A stretch of 64,000 bases of DNA from a virus (taxonomy: Duplodnaviria; Caudoviricetes), in the IMG/VR virus record IMGVR_UViG_2974690805_000001, positions 5,472 through 69,471 of that record, one strand, 5' to 3'. Each line of letters starts with the position of its first letter. Within the stretch, counting starts at the first letter, position 1. Below the pieces are notes generated by a model. That model worked only from the letters and a program-made list of their open reading frames with translations, had not been told where the DNA came from and ran no database searches. Shown piece by piece: positions 1 through 8,707 of the stretch. Made by a program: the position numbers and the translations under genes.

Positions 1-147
1 CCGCGGCTCATCGCCGGATACGACGCCGCCCTTGAAGACGAAGCGATCGCACTGCTCGGGATCGACACCGACGCGCTGCGCAGCCGTGCCCGGCAGATCA
101 TCAAGCGAGAATTGACAACGCAGGTTGTCGAAGCGGAGGTCGTCTGA
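1..147 (+). CDS. C-terminal fragment of upstream gene, probably portal protein (partial)
   Basis: Open frame from base 1 to TGA 145-147, overlapping the next ATG (TGATG); identity inferred only from position before the MuF/protease gene. Confidence 0.5.
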   Translation, partial: PRLIAGYDAALEDEAIALLGIDTDALRSRARQIIKRELTTQVVEAEVV

Positions 148-2582
148 TGTGGCCGCAGCGAGGCGAGGCGCTGAGCCGAACCATCGAGGCCGAGGCGGCG
201 CTGACCGATCTCTACGCCGAGGCGCTCAATGAGTGGATCACCGAGGTCGTGCCGTTCGTGTTGCCTGCGCTTACCGCTGCTGGCGAACTGCCGCCTGAGC
301 CTGATGCTGTCGTGGAACCGGCGGGCCGATGGGATCAGTTCGCCGACGCACTGATCCTATCGGGGCTGTCAACTCTGTGGGCGATCTCGGCGGTCGAGGC
401 AACCGAGGGCTTTGAGATCGACCTTCCCGAGATCGACCTTCCCGAGGGTCGACCGAAGATCGACCGGCGGGTGCTGCGGGCGCTGGCGGCGACGTCTGAT
501 CTGACCGAGGCGCAGGTGCGCGAAGCCGTCGAGCGAGTCGAGAGTGACCCCGAGCTTCGCCAGCAGCGCGACGACTTCATCGAGCAGGCACGCGAGGCGG
601 TGTCGGCGACCCCGGCGATCGTGCGCGACAAGCTGGCGGCGGCGGTGCGCGACATCGAGCAGGCCGCGGCTGCGCCGACCGCCGAGCCGAGTGTCGAGGT
701 CGACATCGTGGCGCTGCAACGGTCCACGATCGAGCCGATGCTGCGACCGGGCAGCGATCTGGTGCGCGACGTGTCCCGCGAGCAGGGCTATCAGGCCGCG
801 GGCGTGCAGAACGCCGCGGTCATCGCCGCGGCGATGCGCAACACCGAAGACGTGCTCGACAAGGTGTGGATCGCCACGATCGACGGCAAGACCCGGCACA
901 CTCACTTCGCCGCCGACGGTCAGCGAACACCATTGGCCGGTACCTTCACGGTAGGCGGCGAGGCGTTGCGCTTCCCCGGCGACCCACTCGGCCCCGCCCG
1001 CGAGGTGCGGAACTGCCGGTGTCGGGTCGGCGTGCTGGCCGACGACGAGCCGCTGCCCGACGAGGTCGACCGGCACACCGAGCGGCTCAACGGTCGCGAC
1101 AGTGTGCAGATCAACCGAGTCGGCACGCAGCGCGACGAGATCGACCGCCGCAAGCGTGCGGGCACCGTGCGGGCGCGAGACGACGAAGACGGCATCGGCA
1201 GGACGGCAGCAGGCGGCTGGTCTGCACCGAGCGAAGGGATCGACAATATGACCGAGGCACTCGCCACCGACACCGAGCAGGGCGGCGATCTGTTCCGCAC
1301 CTTCACCGATCAGCCGATCGCTTTCATCGGCATCGAGACGAGCGACGGTCGGATGCTCGCCGCCGACATCGACTTGACCTTCCGCAGCTTCCCGCTGCCG
1401 CTGATGTGGTGCGAGCAGAGCGCGGGCGGTCACCTCAACAGCTACGTCGTCGGGGCGCTGGAAGATGCCCGCATCGACGGCGACCGGGTGCTCGGGTCGG
1501 GCTACCTGCTCAACAGCGAGGAATCCGACAAGGCTGCCGATCTGCTCGGGCACGGCGTCATCGGCCCGAGCGTCGACCTCGCAGCTACCAAGTGGAAGCT
1601 GACCGACGAGAAGGGCAACGAGATCAGCGAGGAAGACCTCTGGGACTTGACCGCTGACGACAAGATCGTGCAGACGATCACCGCGGGCGAGTTGATCGGC
1701 ACGACGCTCGTCGCGACCCCGGCCTTCGGCGACACGAAGCTCGCCCTCAACAGCGACCGCGAGTCGCGAGACATCGCGGTCGTGGCGAGCGCCGCCGAGG
1801 AATACCGGCCTCGGGTCTATGCCGCCGAACTGTTCGCCGCGCCGAACCTGACCGAGCCGACGCTGCCGACGATGGACCCCGAGACGGGCCGCATCTTCGG
1901 CCACCTCGCCTGCTTCGGCCAGTGCCACCGCTCGATTCAAAGCCAGTGCGTCATGGCCCCGCGGTCGCGCACGAACTACTCGCACTTCCACACCTCGCCC
2001 GCGGTGCGCCTCGATGACGGCACCAGCCTGCCGGTCGGTCGGCTGACCGTCGGCACCGGGCACGCGCCTGACTCGCTGCGGCCCGGCCCGGCGCTGGCGC
2101 ACTACGACAACACCGGCACCTGCTTCGCGCTGGTGCGGGTCTACGAGACAGAAGTCGGGATCGAGTTCTCGGGCGTCGCGGCACCGTGGGCGACCGCCGA
2201 GCAGGTCGAAATGGGTCTGTCGGCACCGCTGTCGGGCGACTGGCGCGACTTCGGTCAGGGTCTGGAACTGATCGCCGCGCTCGCGGTGAACACGCCCGGC
2301 TTCGCCGCCCGCGGTCGCGAAGACGAGAACGGTCGCCCGGTCGCGCTCGTCGCCTCGCTCGGCCCGGCCCCGAGCACGCAGCGCGGCGGCATCGAAGGCA
2401 TGACCGTCGATGACATCGCCGCCGCGGTCGTGCGGGCGATCGAAGATCAGCGCCGTGCCGCCGAGCTTGCCGCCGAGCGCGAGGCTGCCCTCGCCGAGGC
2501 CGCGGCGAAGGTCGGCCCGCCGCCCGAGCCGAAGACGCCCGCCGACGAGATCGGTGAGCTTCTCGCCGAGGCGGGCGTGTAG
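147..2582 (+). CDS. MuF-like minor head protein / capsid maturation protease fusion
   Basis: MuF motif WIATIDGKTRHTHFAADGQ...RNCRC followed by a prohead-protease-like region; position before major capsid. Confidence 0.85.
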   Translation: MWPQRGEALSRTIEAEAALTDLYAEALNEWITEVVPFVLPALTAAGELPPEPDAVVEPAGRWDQFADALILSGLSTLWAISAVEATEGFEIDLPEIDLPEGRPKIDRRVLRALAATSDLTEAQVREAVERVESDPELRQQRDDFIEQAREAVSATPAIVRDKLAAAVRDIEQAAAAPTAEPSVEVDIVALQRSTIEPMLRPGSDLVRDVSREQGYQAAGVQNAAVIAAAMRNTEDVLDKVWIATIDGKTRHTHFAADGQRTPLAGTFTVGGEALRFPGDPLGPAREVRNCRCRVGVLADDEPLPDEVDRHTERLNGRDSVQINRVGTQRDEIDRRKRAGTVRARDDEDGIGRTAAGGWSAPSEGIDNMTEALATDTEQGGDLFRTFTDQPIAFIGIETSDGRMLAADIDLTFRSFPLPLMWCEQSAGGHLNSYVVGALEDARIDGDRVLGSGYLLNSEESDKAADLLGHGVIGPSVDLAATKWKLTDEKGNEISEEDLWDLTADDKIVQTITAGELIGTTLVATPAFGDTKLALNSDRESRDIAVVASAAEEYRPRVYAAELFAAPNLTEPTLPTMDPETGRIFGHLACFGQCHRSIQSQCVMAPRSRTNYSHFHTSPAVRLDDGTSLPVGRLTVGTGHAPDSLRPGPALAHYDNTGTCFALVRVYETEVGIEFSGVAAPWATAEQVEMGLSAPLSGDWRDFGQGLELIAALAVNTPGFAARGREDENGRPVALVASLGPAPSTQRGGIEGMTVDDIAAAVVRAIEDQRRAAELAAEREAALAEAAAKVGPPPEPKTPADEIGELLAEAGV

Positions 2583-2815
2583 TGGCCGGGCGTCGCCCCT
2601 GCAACTGCGGCGGTCGCAGCAAGCAGGTCGTGATCGGCGGTGAACTGCTCGGCTACTACGTCGACCTGCCCGACGGCAGCCGCGTGCCCGCGGTGAACAT
2701 CGAGTCACCCGACGACGGCGAAGCGCCCTTCATGAACGCGCTTCAAGCTCGCGTCGTGGTGACCAACAACGGCGGCGGCACTATTCGCGCCCTCAAGCGA
2801 CCGGCCCCGGCGTAG
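2582..2815 (+). CDS. hypothetical protein
   Basis: GTG overlaps upstream stop; N-terminal CNCGG. Confidence 0.7.
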   Translation: MAGRRPCNCGGRSKQVVIGGELLGYYVDLPDGSRVPAVNIESPDDGEAPFMNALQARVVVTNNGGGTIRALKRPAPA

Positions 2816-2824
2816 GCTGCGAGC

Positions 2825-3013
2825 ATGATCTACATCCTGCTCGGCATCGTCGCGATCGTGCTGGCGAACGTGCTGCTGGTGCCGCACTGGCTGTATCTGC
2901 TGCTCGTCATCGGCGGCGCGGTGCTCATCCTGTACGGTCTCTATCTGCTGTTCACCGGCTATCGCCCCGGCCCGCCCGGCGCACCGCCCCGAGCGCGTCG
3001 CGTCTGGTATTAG
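2825..3013 (+). CDS. small membrane protein
   Basis: Two hydrophobic segments and a basic tail; TAGGCT 6 nt before ATG. Confidence 0.75.
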   Translation: MIYILLGIVAIVLANVLLVPHWLYLLLVIGGAVLILYGLYLLFTGYRPGPPGAPPRARRVWY

Positions 3014-3027
3014 ACCGCTACCTCACG

Positions 3028-3070
3028 GCAGAAGCCCCGCCCGTATCTCACGACGGGCGGGGCTTTCTGC
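3028..3070. terminator. bidirectional intrinsic terminator
   Basis: gcagaagccccgcccgt / acgggcggggctttctgc inverted repeat between convergent genes. Confidence 0.85.
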
Positions 3071-3076
3071 GTTGGC

Positions 3077-3316
3077 TCAGATCGAGCGGTAGACCCGAGC
3101 GATCGAGTAGGTCGTGTCGCCGACCTCGACCGCTGCGCGGGTGTAGGTCATGCCCTCGACCGGCGACAGCGAGACAACCGGGCTGTCGAGGTCGATCTCG
3201 CGGGCGGCGTCGCCGATCACGGTCGCAAGCTCGGCGACGGCGGCGTCGAAGGACTCGCCCGCGTAATGGGTGACGGCGATGTCGGCGCTCAGGGCGGTTG
3301 CGATGTACTCGATCAT
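3077..3316 (-). CDS. hypothetical protein (cassette gene 1)
   Basis: 79 aa ORF with GAGGAAGG RBS, downstream of repeat promoter. Confidence 0.8.
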   Translation of the reverse strand: MIEYIATALSADIAVTHYAGESFDAAVAELATVIGDAAREIDLDSPVVSLSPVEGMTYTRAAVEVGDTTYSIARVYRSI

Positions 3317-3386
3317 TTCTGCCTTCCTCGGCGGGTCTATCCCGCCTCACACAGACGAAGTTACCCGACGGCGTCGCACTTGTCAA
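3317..3386 (-). promoter_or_regulatory. repeat promoter-hairpin-RBS element, copy 1
   Basis: TTGACA-17-TAACTT, CGACGCCGTCG in spacer, GGCGGG-ATAGA-CCCGCC hairpin, GAGGAAGG. Confidence 0.92.
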
Positions 3387-3410
3387 CACCGCCGGGCAAT
3401 CCGCGTCAGA

Positions 3411-3740
3411 TCAGCACCAGACGACCTCGGCGCTGTGGGCGACGGCCCACTCGGCGAGTTCGTGCAACTCGCGCAGCCGTTCCTGCAAGTAGCCGGGGCG
3501 ACGAGCGCCCTCGACCATACGAGCGCCGGGGCCGACGTGCTCGTAAGACGGCATACCTTCGTCGCTCGGCGCGAGGGCGAGCGCCATGACGACGCGGCCC
3601 ATGAAGTCATCGGCGGTCGCCGAGCCGCACCAGCCGTCGGCGTCGAGGTCGATGCCGAGCGCATCGGCGACGAGCGCGGCGTTGCGGTTGCTCATGTTGA
3701 CGTCGAGGTCGGTGCCGTCGGCGTAGAAGGTGACGCTCAT
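3411..3740 (-). CDS. hypothetical protein (cassette gene 2)
   Basis: 109 aa ORF downstream of repeat promoter. Confidence 0.8.
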   Translation of the reverse strand: MSVTFYADGTDLDVNMSNRNAALVADALGIDLDADGWCGSATADDFMGRVVMALALAPSDEGMPSYEHVGPGARMVEGARRPGYLQERLRELHELAEWAVAHSAEVVWC

Positions 3741-3814
3741 GATGTGGCTCGCTTTCCGGCGGGTCCATCCCGCCTCACACGAACGAAGTTACCCGACGCT
3801 GTCGCAGTTGTCAA
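3741..3814 (-). promoter_or_regulatory. repeat promoter element, copy 2
   Basis: -35 at 3809-3814, -10 at 3786-3791, hairpin 3758-3774. Confidence 0.92.
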
Positions 3815-3941
3815 CACGTCGGCGCAAACTGCTTTGCACGGTGCTCGCCTACTGTTCGACAGCAGATAGCGACCGACTGGCTGCGGGCCGGGTAGCGATC
3901 GACCGAACTGACAACCGTTCGACCGAGACAAGGAGTCCGAA

Positions 3942-5699
3942 GTGGACCCGTTCCAGATGCCGGAAACGCTTCCAGCGACCGCCGCGGAACTGAGCGCACT
4001 GCTCGACGCGGCCCGCGCCAACATCGCCGAGTACCAGCGCCGCCACGGCGCGGGCGAGGAACTGACGGGCGACGACGTCGCTGCGCTGCGTTCCCTGCTC
4101 GGCGACGTCGACACGCTCAACTCGGCTCTGGCCGAGGCCGTGACCGCCGAGCAGAGCCACACCGACGAGATCGGTGATCTGCTGAGCCGTGCCGCTGCCG
4201 CGACCGACACCACGCCCGGCGAGGGCGACGGTGACGGCGACGGCGGTGACGAAGGCGACGGCGACGGCGGCGACGAGGGCCAGCCGGAAGGCCAGCCCGA
4301 GGGCCAGCCGTCCGAGCAGGCTCGCCAGACCGTGACCGCGGGTGCGCCGAGTAACGGCACCCGTCGCCCGGTGACCTTCGCCGGGGCCGGGGCCGACAGC
4401 CCGCCGCCGCCTGCCGAGCAGGGGCCGGGCTGGCAGATGCACCCGACCGCGCCCGGCTACCGCGAGGACATGGGCCGGGTCGGCTTCCGCGAGATCGCGC
4501 TGAGCCTCGACTCGGTGCGGCCCGGCTCGCGCTCGATGCGTCGGCCCAACCGCGCCCCGCGCAAGCTCGGCGGTGTCGAGTACGCCCGGCAGGTCGTGTC
4601 GACCCTCGACCGCGGTGTTGAGGAAGTCGAGGACGCGCACGCGCTCGTCGCGGCGATCACCGAGCAGACTCGGCCCGATCGTCTGACCGAGCCGACCTTC
4701 AACGACCGCGGGTCGCTGACGGCGGCTGGCGGCTGGTGCGCACCGTCCGAGCAGCTTTACGACTTCTGCGACGTGCCGGATGCGACCGATCTGATCTCGC
4801 TGCCCGAGATCACGATCAACCGCGGCGGCGTGCGGTGGCCGGTCGAGCCTGATCTGTCGGGCATCTACGAGGACTTTGAGTGGTTCTTCACCGAGCCGGA
4901 ACTTGAAGCCGTCGACCCGGTGACCGGCGAGCCGACCGCGGTGAAGACCTGCGTCGAGGTTCCGTGCCCTGACGAGTTTGAGGAAATTCGCCTCAACGCC
5001 GTCGGCTGGTGCGTCGAGGCGGGCATCCTGCAAGAGCAGGGCTGGCCCGAACTGATCGAGTGGTTCATGCGGTCGCTGACGCAGGAACACCTGCGGGCGC
5101 TGAGCCGCCGCACGATCCTCGACATGGAAGCGGGCAGCGGCACGCCGATCGTCATCCCGCCGCAGTCGGTGCTCGGCTCGGTGCCGAGCGTGCTCAACTC
5201 GCTGGCGCTCATGGCGACGAACCTGCGGCTCAACCGCGGTCTGTCGCGCACGGCGACCATCGAGGGCGTCGCGCCGTCGTGGTTCCATGAGGTGCTGCGG
5301 GCCGACATCGCGATGCGCGAAGGCACCGATGTCTTCGCCGTCACCGACGCGCAGATCAACGGCTGGCTCGCGGCCCGCAACATCGCGTTGCAGTTCGTGG
5401 GCGACTGGCAGACCCGCGGTGCCGGTCTGCCGGGCAACCTCGCCACGGTGCGGTGGCCCGAGACGGTGCGCGTGCTGCTCTACCCGGCGGGCACTTGGTT
5501 CCGCTCGATGAGCAACGTCATCGAACTCGGCGTCATGTACCCGAAGGAACAGTTGCAGGTGAACCGCTTCACCCGCATGTTCACCGAGGACGCGATCGCG
5601 GTCGGCAAGCGGTGCGGCAACAGCATCGCCGTCGACATCCCGCTCAACGTCTCGGGTGCCGTGGGCGAGCGGGTCGCTGCTACAAATCAGGTTGCGTAA
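3942..5699 (+). CDS. major capsid (hexamer) protein
   Basis: 585 aa, AGGAG RBS; N-terminal scaffold-like low-complexity region then LTAAGGWCAPSE..YDFC motif typical of this actinophage capsid family. Confidence 0.85.
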   Translation: MDPFQMPETLPATAAELSALLDAARANIAEYQRRHGAGEELTGDDVAALRSLLGDVDTLNSALAEAVTAEQSHTDEIGDLLSRAAAATDTTPGEGDGDGDGGDEGDGDGGDEGQPEGQPEGQPSEQARQTVTAGAPSNGTRRPVTFAGAGADSPPPPAEQGPGWQMHPTAPGYREDMGRVGFREIALSLDSVRPGSRSMRRPNRAPRKLGGVEYARQVVSTLDRGVEEVEDAHALVAAITEQTRPDRLTEPTFNDRGSLTAAGGWCAPSEQLYDFCDVPDATDLISLPEITINRGGVRWPVEPDLSGIYEDFEWFFTEPELEAVDPVTGEPTAVKTCVEVPCPDEFEEIRLNAVGWCVEAGILQEQGWPELIEWFMRSLTQEHLRALSRRTILDMEAGSGTPIVIPPQSVLGSVPSVLNSLALMATNLRLNRGLSRTATIEGVAPSWFHEVLRADIAMREGTDVFAVTDAQINGWLAARNIALQFVGDWQTRGAGLPGNLATVRWPETVRVLLYPAGTWFRSMSNVIELGVMYPKEQLQVNRFTRMFTEDAIAVGKRCGNSIAVDIPLNVSGAVGERVAATNQVA

Positions 5700-5789
5700 C
5701 CCGCAGCAGGCAGACTGATAGGCGGGCGTCGTGGGCAGGCCAACACAGCCCGCGCCGCCCGCCTTATCAGTTCGATCGGAAGGGACACG

Positions 5790-6572
5790 ATGACCGCACC
5801 AGTGCTCGCGGCGGTGAACTTCACCGCACCGCGGCAAAACCCGGCGATCCCCGGCCTGTTCGCAGTCACCAACTGGCAGCCCGTCGGCGAAGCCGCTCGT
5901 CACCTCAACGGCGTCGAGATCAGGGGTGAGAACTACGGCGGCGAGGGCGCTGCGGGCGTCTGGGAAGCCGACTGGTGCGCCCCGCCTGATCCGGCGACGG
6001 TCACCGAGCGCAAGGAAGGCGAGCGGCCCGACATCGCCGACGTCTTCGACCCGATCGTCGTCTGGGCGTTCGATCAGTGCGATCTGACCCGCCCCTCGCA
6101 GGCCGAGGTGCGGGCGCGGGCCGCGCAGATTCTGCGCCTTGAGGAACAGTCGCTGATCGAGCGCGAGTTCGCCGAGCGGCTCAAGGCCGACGTGACCGAG
6201 GTCTTCGGCACCGCCGAGACGGCGGCGAACCTCAAGCTCGCGATCGGCTACATCGAGGGCGTGCTCGCGCAGACCAACACGCTCGGCTATATCCACATCG
6301 GCGCTCAGTGGGTCAGCCAAGAGTCGGGGCTGTTCACGAAGTCGGGCGCGAAGTACGTCAGCCCGCTCGGGCACACCTACGTCATCGGCGGCGGCTACAC
6401 CGACGGCCTCGATGACCTGATCGTCGCGACGTCGCCGACGTTCGGCTGGCGCAGCGAGCCTGCTGTTCGCGAGGCGCTCGATGAGCGTCACAATCAGTTC
6501 GTTGCCGTCGCTGAGCGTAGCGTCGTCATCGGTTACGAGGCGATCGTCGCCGCTGTCCAGATCACCGCATAA
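5790..6572 (+). CDS. major capsid pentamer protein
   Basis: 260 aa directly after the hexamer gene, GAAGGGA RBS; family resemblance. Confidence 0.7.
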   Translation: MTAPVLAAVNFTAPRQNPAIPGLFAVTNWQPVGEAARHLNGVEIRGENYGGEGAAGVWEADWCAPPDPATVTERKEGERPDIADVFDPIVVWAFDQCDLTRPSQAEVRARAAQILRLEEQSLIEREFAERLKADVTEVFGTAETAANLKLAIGYIEGVLAQTNTLGYIHIGAQWVSQESGLFTKSGAKYVSPLGHTYVIGGGYTDGLDDLIVATSPTFGWRSEPAVREALDERHNQFVAVAERSVVIGYEAIVAAVQITA

Positions 6573-6585
6573 GGGAGACACGAAG

Positions 6586-7392
6586 ATGCCCGAAGGAATC
6601 ATCGCTACCGTCGAGGGCGGCTTCGCGACCGTCGACATCATCGACCCGCAGACGCGGCATGAGAAGCTCGCCGAACTCATCGAGATCGGCGGGCCGGGCA
6701 GCGTCGAGACGATCACCCGCGTCGGCCCGCGCCGTCAGTATCGGGTGCCGGTCGGCAACGCGCAGGCCGCGGGGCTGCTCGACGGCGACGAGGTCGCCGC
6801 GGTGCGCACCGCCGGTCATGACAGCGGTGCCGCCGACGCGCTGGTCGCCGCCGACCCGAACGTCAACGCAGGCACCGACGCCGCCGAGTGGCACACGCCG
6901 ACCGCCGAGCACACCTCGCGCAACGCCTACGTCGGCCAGACCAGCGCCGCCGATGAGCGGGCAATGGCCCCGTCGCCGTTCACCGGCAAGGGCACCAGCT
7001 ACGGCGGCGGCAACGCTTCCGAGGTGCCGACGCACCGCGACGTCATCGAGCACGTCAAGCAGGCTCGGGTCGACAACCCGGTGCCCGTCGGCACCGCCGG
7101 GCCAGCCGAGCGCGGCGCGGTCAAGGCGAACCTCGGCCTCGCCGAGCAGACCTCGGCGATCGGTACCGACCCGCAGGCTCGCGTCGTGGATACGACCGAG
7201 GCCGAGCCGGTGTCGGCGACCCCGCGTGGCTTCACGGCCAGCGAGGACGGCGCTCAGGGCGAGGAAGCGCCTACCGAGAAGTGGACCCGCAAGGACATCG
7301 ACCAGTGGGCCGCGAAGCGCGGGATCGACACGACCGACGCTGGCACGAAGGCCGAGGCGCTCGACATCATCGCGAAGGCACAGAAGGGCTGA
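6586..7392 (+). CDS. virion-associated hypothetical protein with C-terminal HeH/LEM-like motif
   Basis: AAGGGAG RBS before ATG 6586; C-terminal WTRKDIDQWAAKRGIDTTDAGTKAEALDII. Confidence 0.7.
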   Translation: MPEGIIATVEGGFATVDIIDPQTRHEKLAELIEIGGPGSVETITRVGPRRQYRVPVGNAQAAGLLDGDEVAAVRTAGHDSGAADALVAADPNVNAGTDAAEWHTPTAEHTSRNAYVGQTSAADERAMAPSPFTGKGTSYGGGNASEVPTHRDVIEHVKQARVDNPVPVGTAGPAERGAVKANLGLAEQTSAIGTDPQARVVDTTEAEPVSATPRGFTASEDGAQGEEAPTEKWTRKDIDQWAAKRGIDTTDAGTKAEALDIIAKAQKG

Positions 7393-7398
7393 TCTCTG

Positions 7399-7743
7399 AT
7401 GACTGCTGATAACCACGACCACGACGACGAGGTTGAGGTCGAGGTCGTCACCGAGACGACTACCGTCCGAGGCGGCTTCTCACTCGCCGAGGTGCGCAAG
7501 ACGGTGATCACCGGCATCGGCATGTTGATCGCTGTCGGTGCCTTCGTCCTCGACGCGGCGACGGCCTTCCTGCCGCCCGGTTGGGCCGAGGGCATCGCAA
7601 TCGGCGTCGGCGGGCTGACCGTCGTGCTCAACTACCTCGCACCCAACGAGACAACGAACGTCGAGCGGGCGGTCGGGCGGTCGGTGCGGCTCAAGGGCCA
7701 AAAGCCCGTCAAGGCCGCACCGAAGCTCGCCGATGCGGCCTGA
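7399..7743 (+). CDS. holin-like membrane protein
   Basis: Two transmembrane segments and charged C-terminus. Confidence 0.55.
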   Translation: MTADNHDHDDEVEVEVVTETTTVRGGFSLAEVRKTVITGIGMLIAVGAFVLDAATAFLPPGWAEGIAIGVGGLTVVLNYLAPNETTNVERAVGRSVRLKGQKPVKAAPKLADAA

Positions 7744-8069
7744 TGACGGCACCGTGGAACGGGCCGCGACATCGGTCGTGGGCGTCGAACACGATGCTCG
7801 CGTTCTACGCGCTTATCGTGTGCCTGATCGCGACCGTGGCGACCGATCTGGTCGGCGAGCCGCCGACCTACCTCGTCGGCCTGCTGGGCACCGCAGCGGG
7901 CGCGTTCTTCGGTGCGATCGGCACCGACAAGCAGAAGCGCGAAGACGAGACTCGCGAGACAGCCGAGCGGGCCGAGCGCAAGGCCGACGCGCTCGGCGAC
8001 ATCGCCCGGCACGAACATCCCGACGACCCGCCGCCTTCGCCGCCCTTCGATACTGGCGGTGATAAGTGA
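7743..8069 (+). CDS. membrane protein
   Basis: TGATG overlap; two hydrophobic helices then charged tail. Confidence 0.7.
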   Translation: MTAPWNGPRHRSWASNTMLAFYALIVCLIATVATDLVGEPPTYLVGLLGTAAGAFFGAIGTDKQKREDETRETAERAERKADALGDIARHEHPDDPPPSPPFDTGGDK

Positions 8070-8641
8070 TGCAGAGCGTGCTGACCGTGATCTACTCGCT
8101 GCCCTTCCTGCTCGGCTTCGTGGCCGGGCTGATCGGTATGCGTGCCGCGCAGGAAACGCGGTGCCGCTGGCTTGAGCGGCATCAGCCGCTGCCCGACGGC
8201 AAGCGCCGCCGCGTCGGCGGGCTGATCGCCTTCGGCGTGCTCGGCTATGTACTGGTGCAGGTCGGCCAGACCGAGCAGCACTACCGCGATCTCGGCAATG
8301 AAATGCGGCGGTGTCAGATCGAGTTCAACACCTCGCTCAACAAGCGGGCCGAGATCACGCAGGAAAACGATCGGCTCAGCCGCGAGCAGCGCGACCTGTT
8401 CGCCGAGCTTGAGCGGTTGCAGGCGGTTTGGATCGGGCGGCTGATCAACCTGCCGCCCGAACTGATCGACCTGCCGCAGGCCGACGTGCGCGTGCAGGAC
8501 TACGGGCGCACCGTCACCCGCATCTATCAGGAACGCGCCGAGACGCTGCGCGGGAAGGTCGACGCGATCAGCAAGCGGCAGGCCGAGCTTGAACGTGAGC
8601 GGGCGGCTAACCCGCTGCCGCCGCCGTCGTGCGGGCAGTGA
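8069..8641 (+). CDS. membrane protein with coiled-coil C-terminus
   Basis: TGATG overlap; two TM segments then heptad-rich region. Confidence 0.7.
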   Translation: MQSVLTVIYSLPFLLGFVAGLIGMRAAQETRCRWLERHQPLPDGKRRRVGGLIAFGVLGYVLVQVGQTEQHYRDLGNEMRRCQIEFNTSLNKRAEITQENDRLSREQRDLFAELERLQAVWIGRLINLPPELIDLPQADVRVQDYGRTVTRIYQERAETLRGKVDAISKRQAELERERAANPLPPPSCGQ

Positions 8642-8707
8642 TCTGCACGGTCACCTTCTAGTGTCGAGGTCAGTCTCGATCAGACCACCGACTACGGAGG
8701 AACCGAC

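Noticed and set aside
369-2708. Long antisense ORFs (e.g. 369-2708, 3849-6716, 14311-17253, 42068-44809, 45835-47736)
   Set aside because: Shadow frames of real genes in high-GC DNA; Arg-rich non-protein-like composition and no RBS.
3317-3386. Integron attC site or IS end interpretation of the element
   Set aside because: No integrase or transposase in the window, no GTTRRRY/RYYYAAC box pair and no target duplications recognised; any shuffling would more likely be by homologous recombination.
3781-3792. CGAAC-GAA-GTTAC as a LexA SOS box
   Set aside because: Spacing is 3 rather than 4, the right arm mismatches CGAAC-N4-GTTCG, and it is not conserved across copies.
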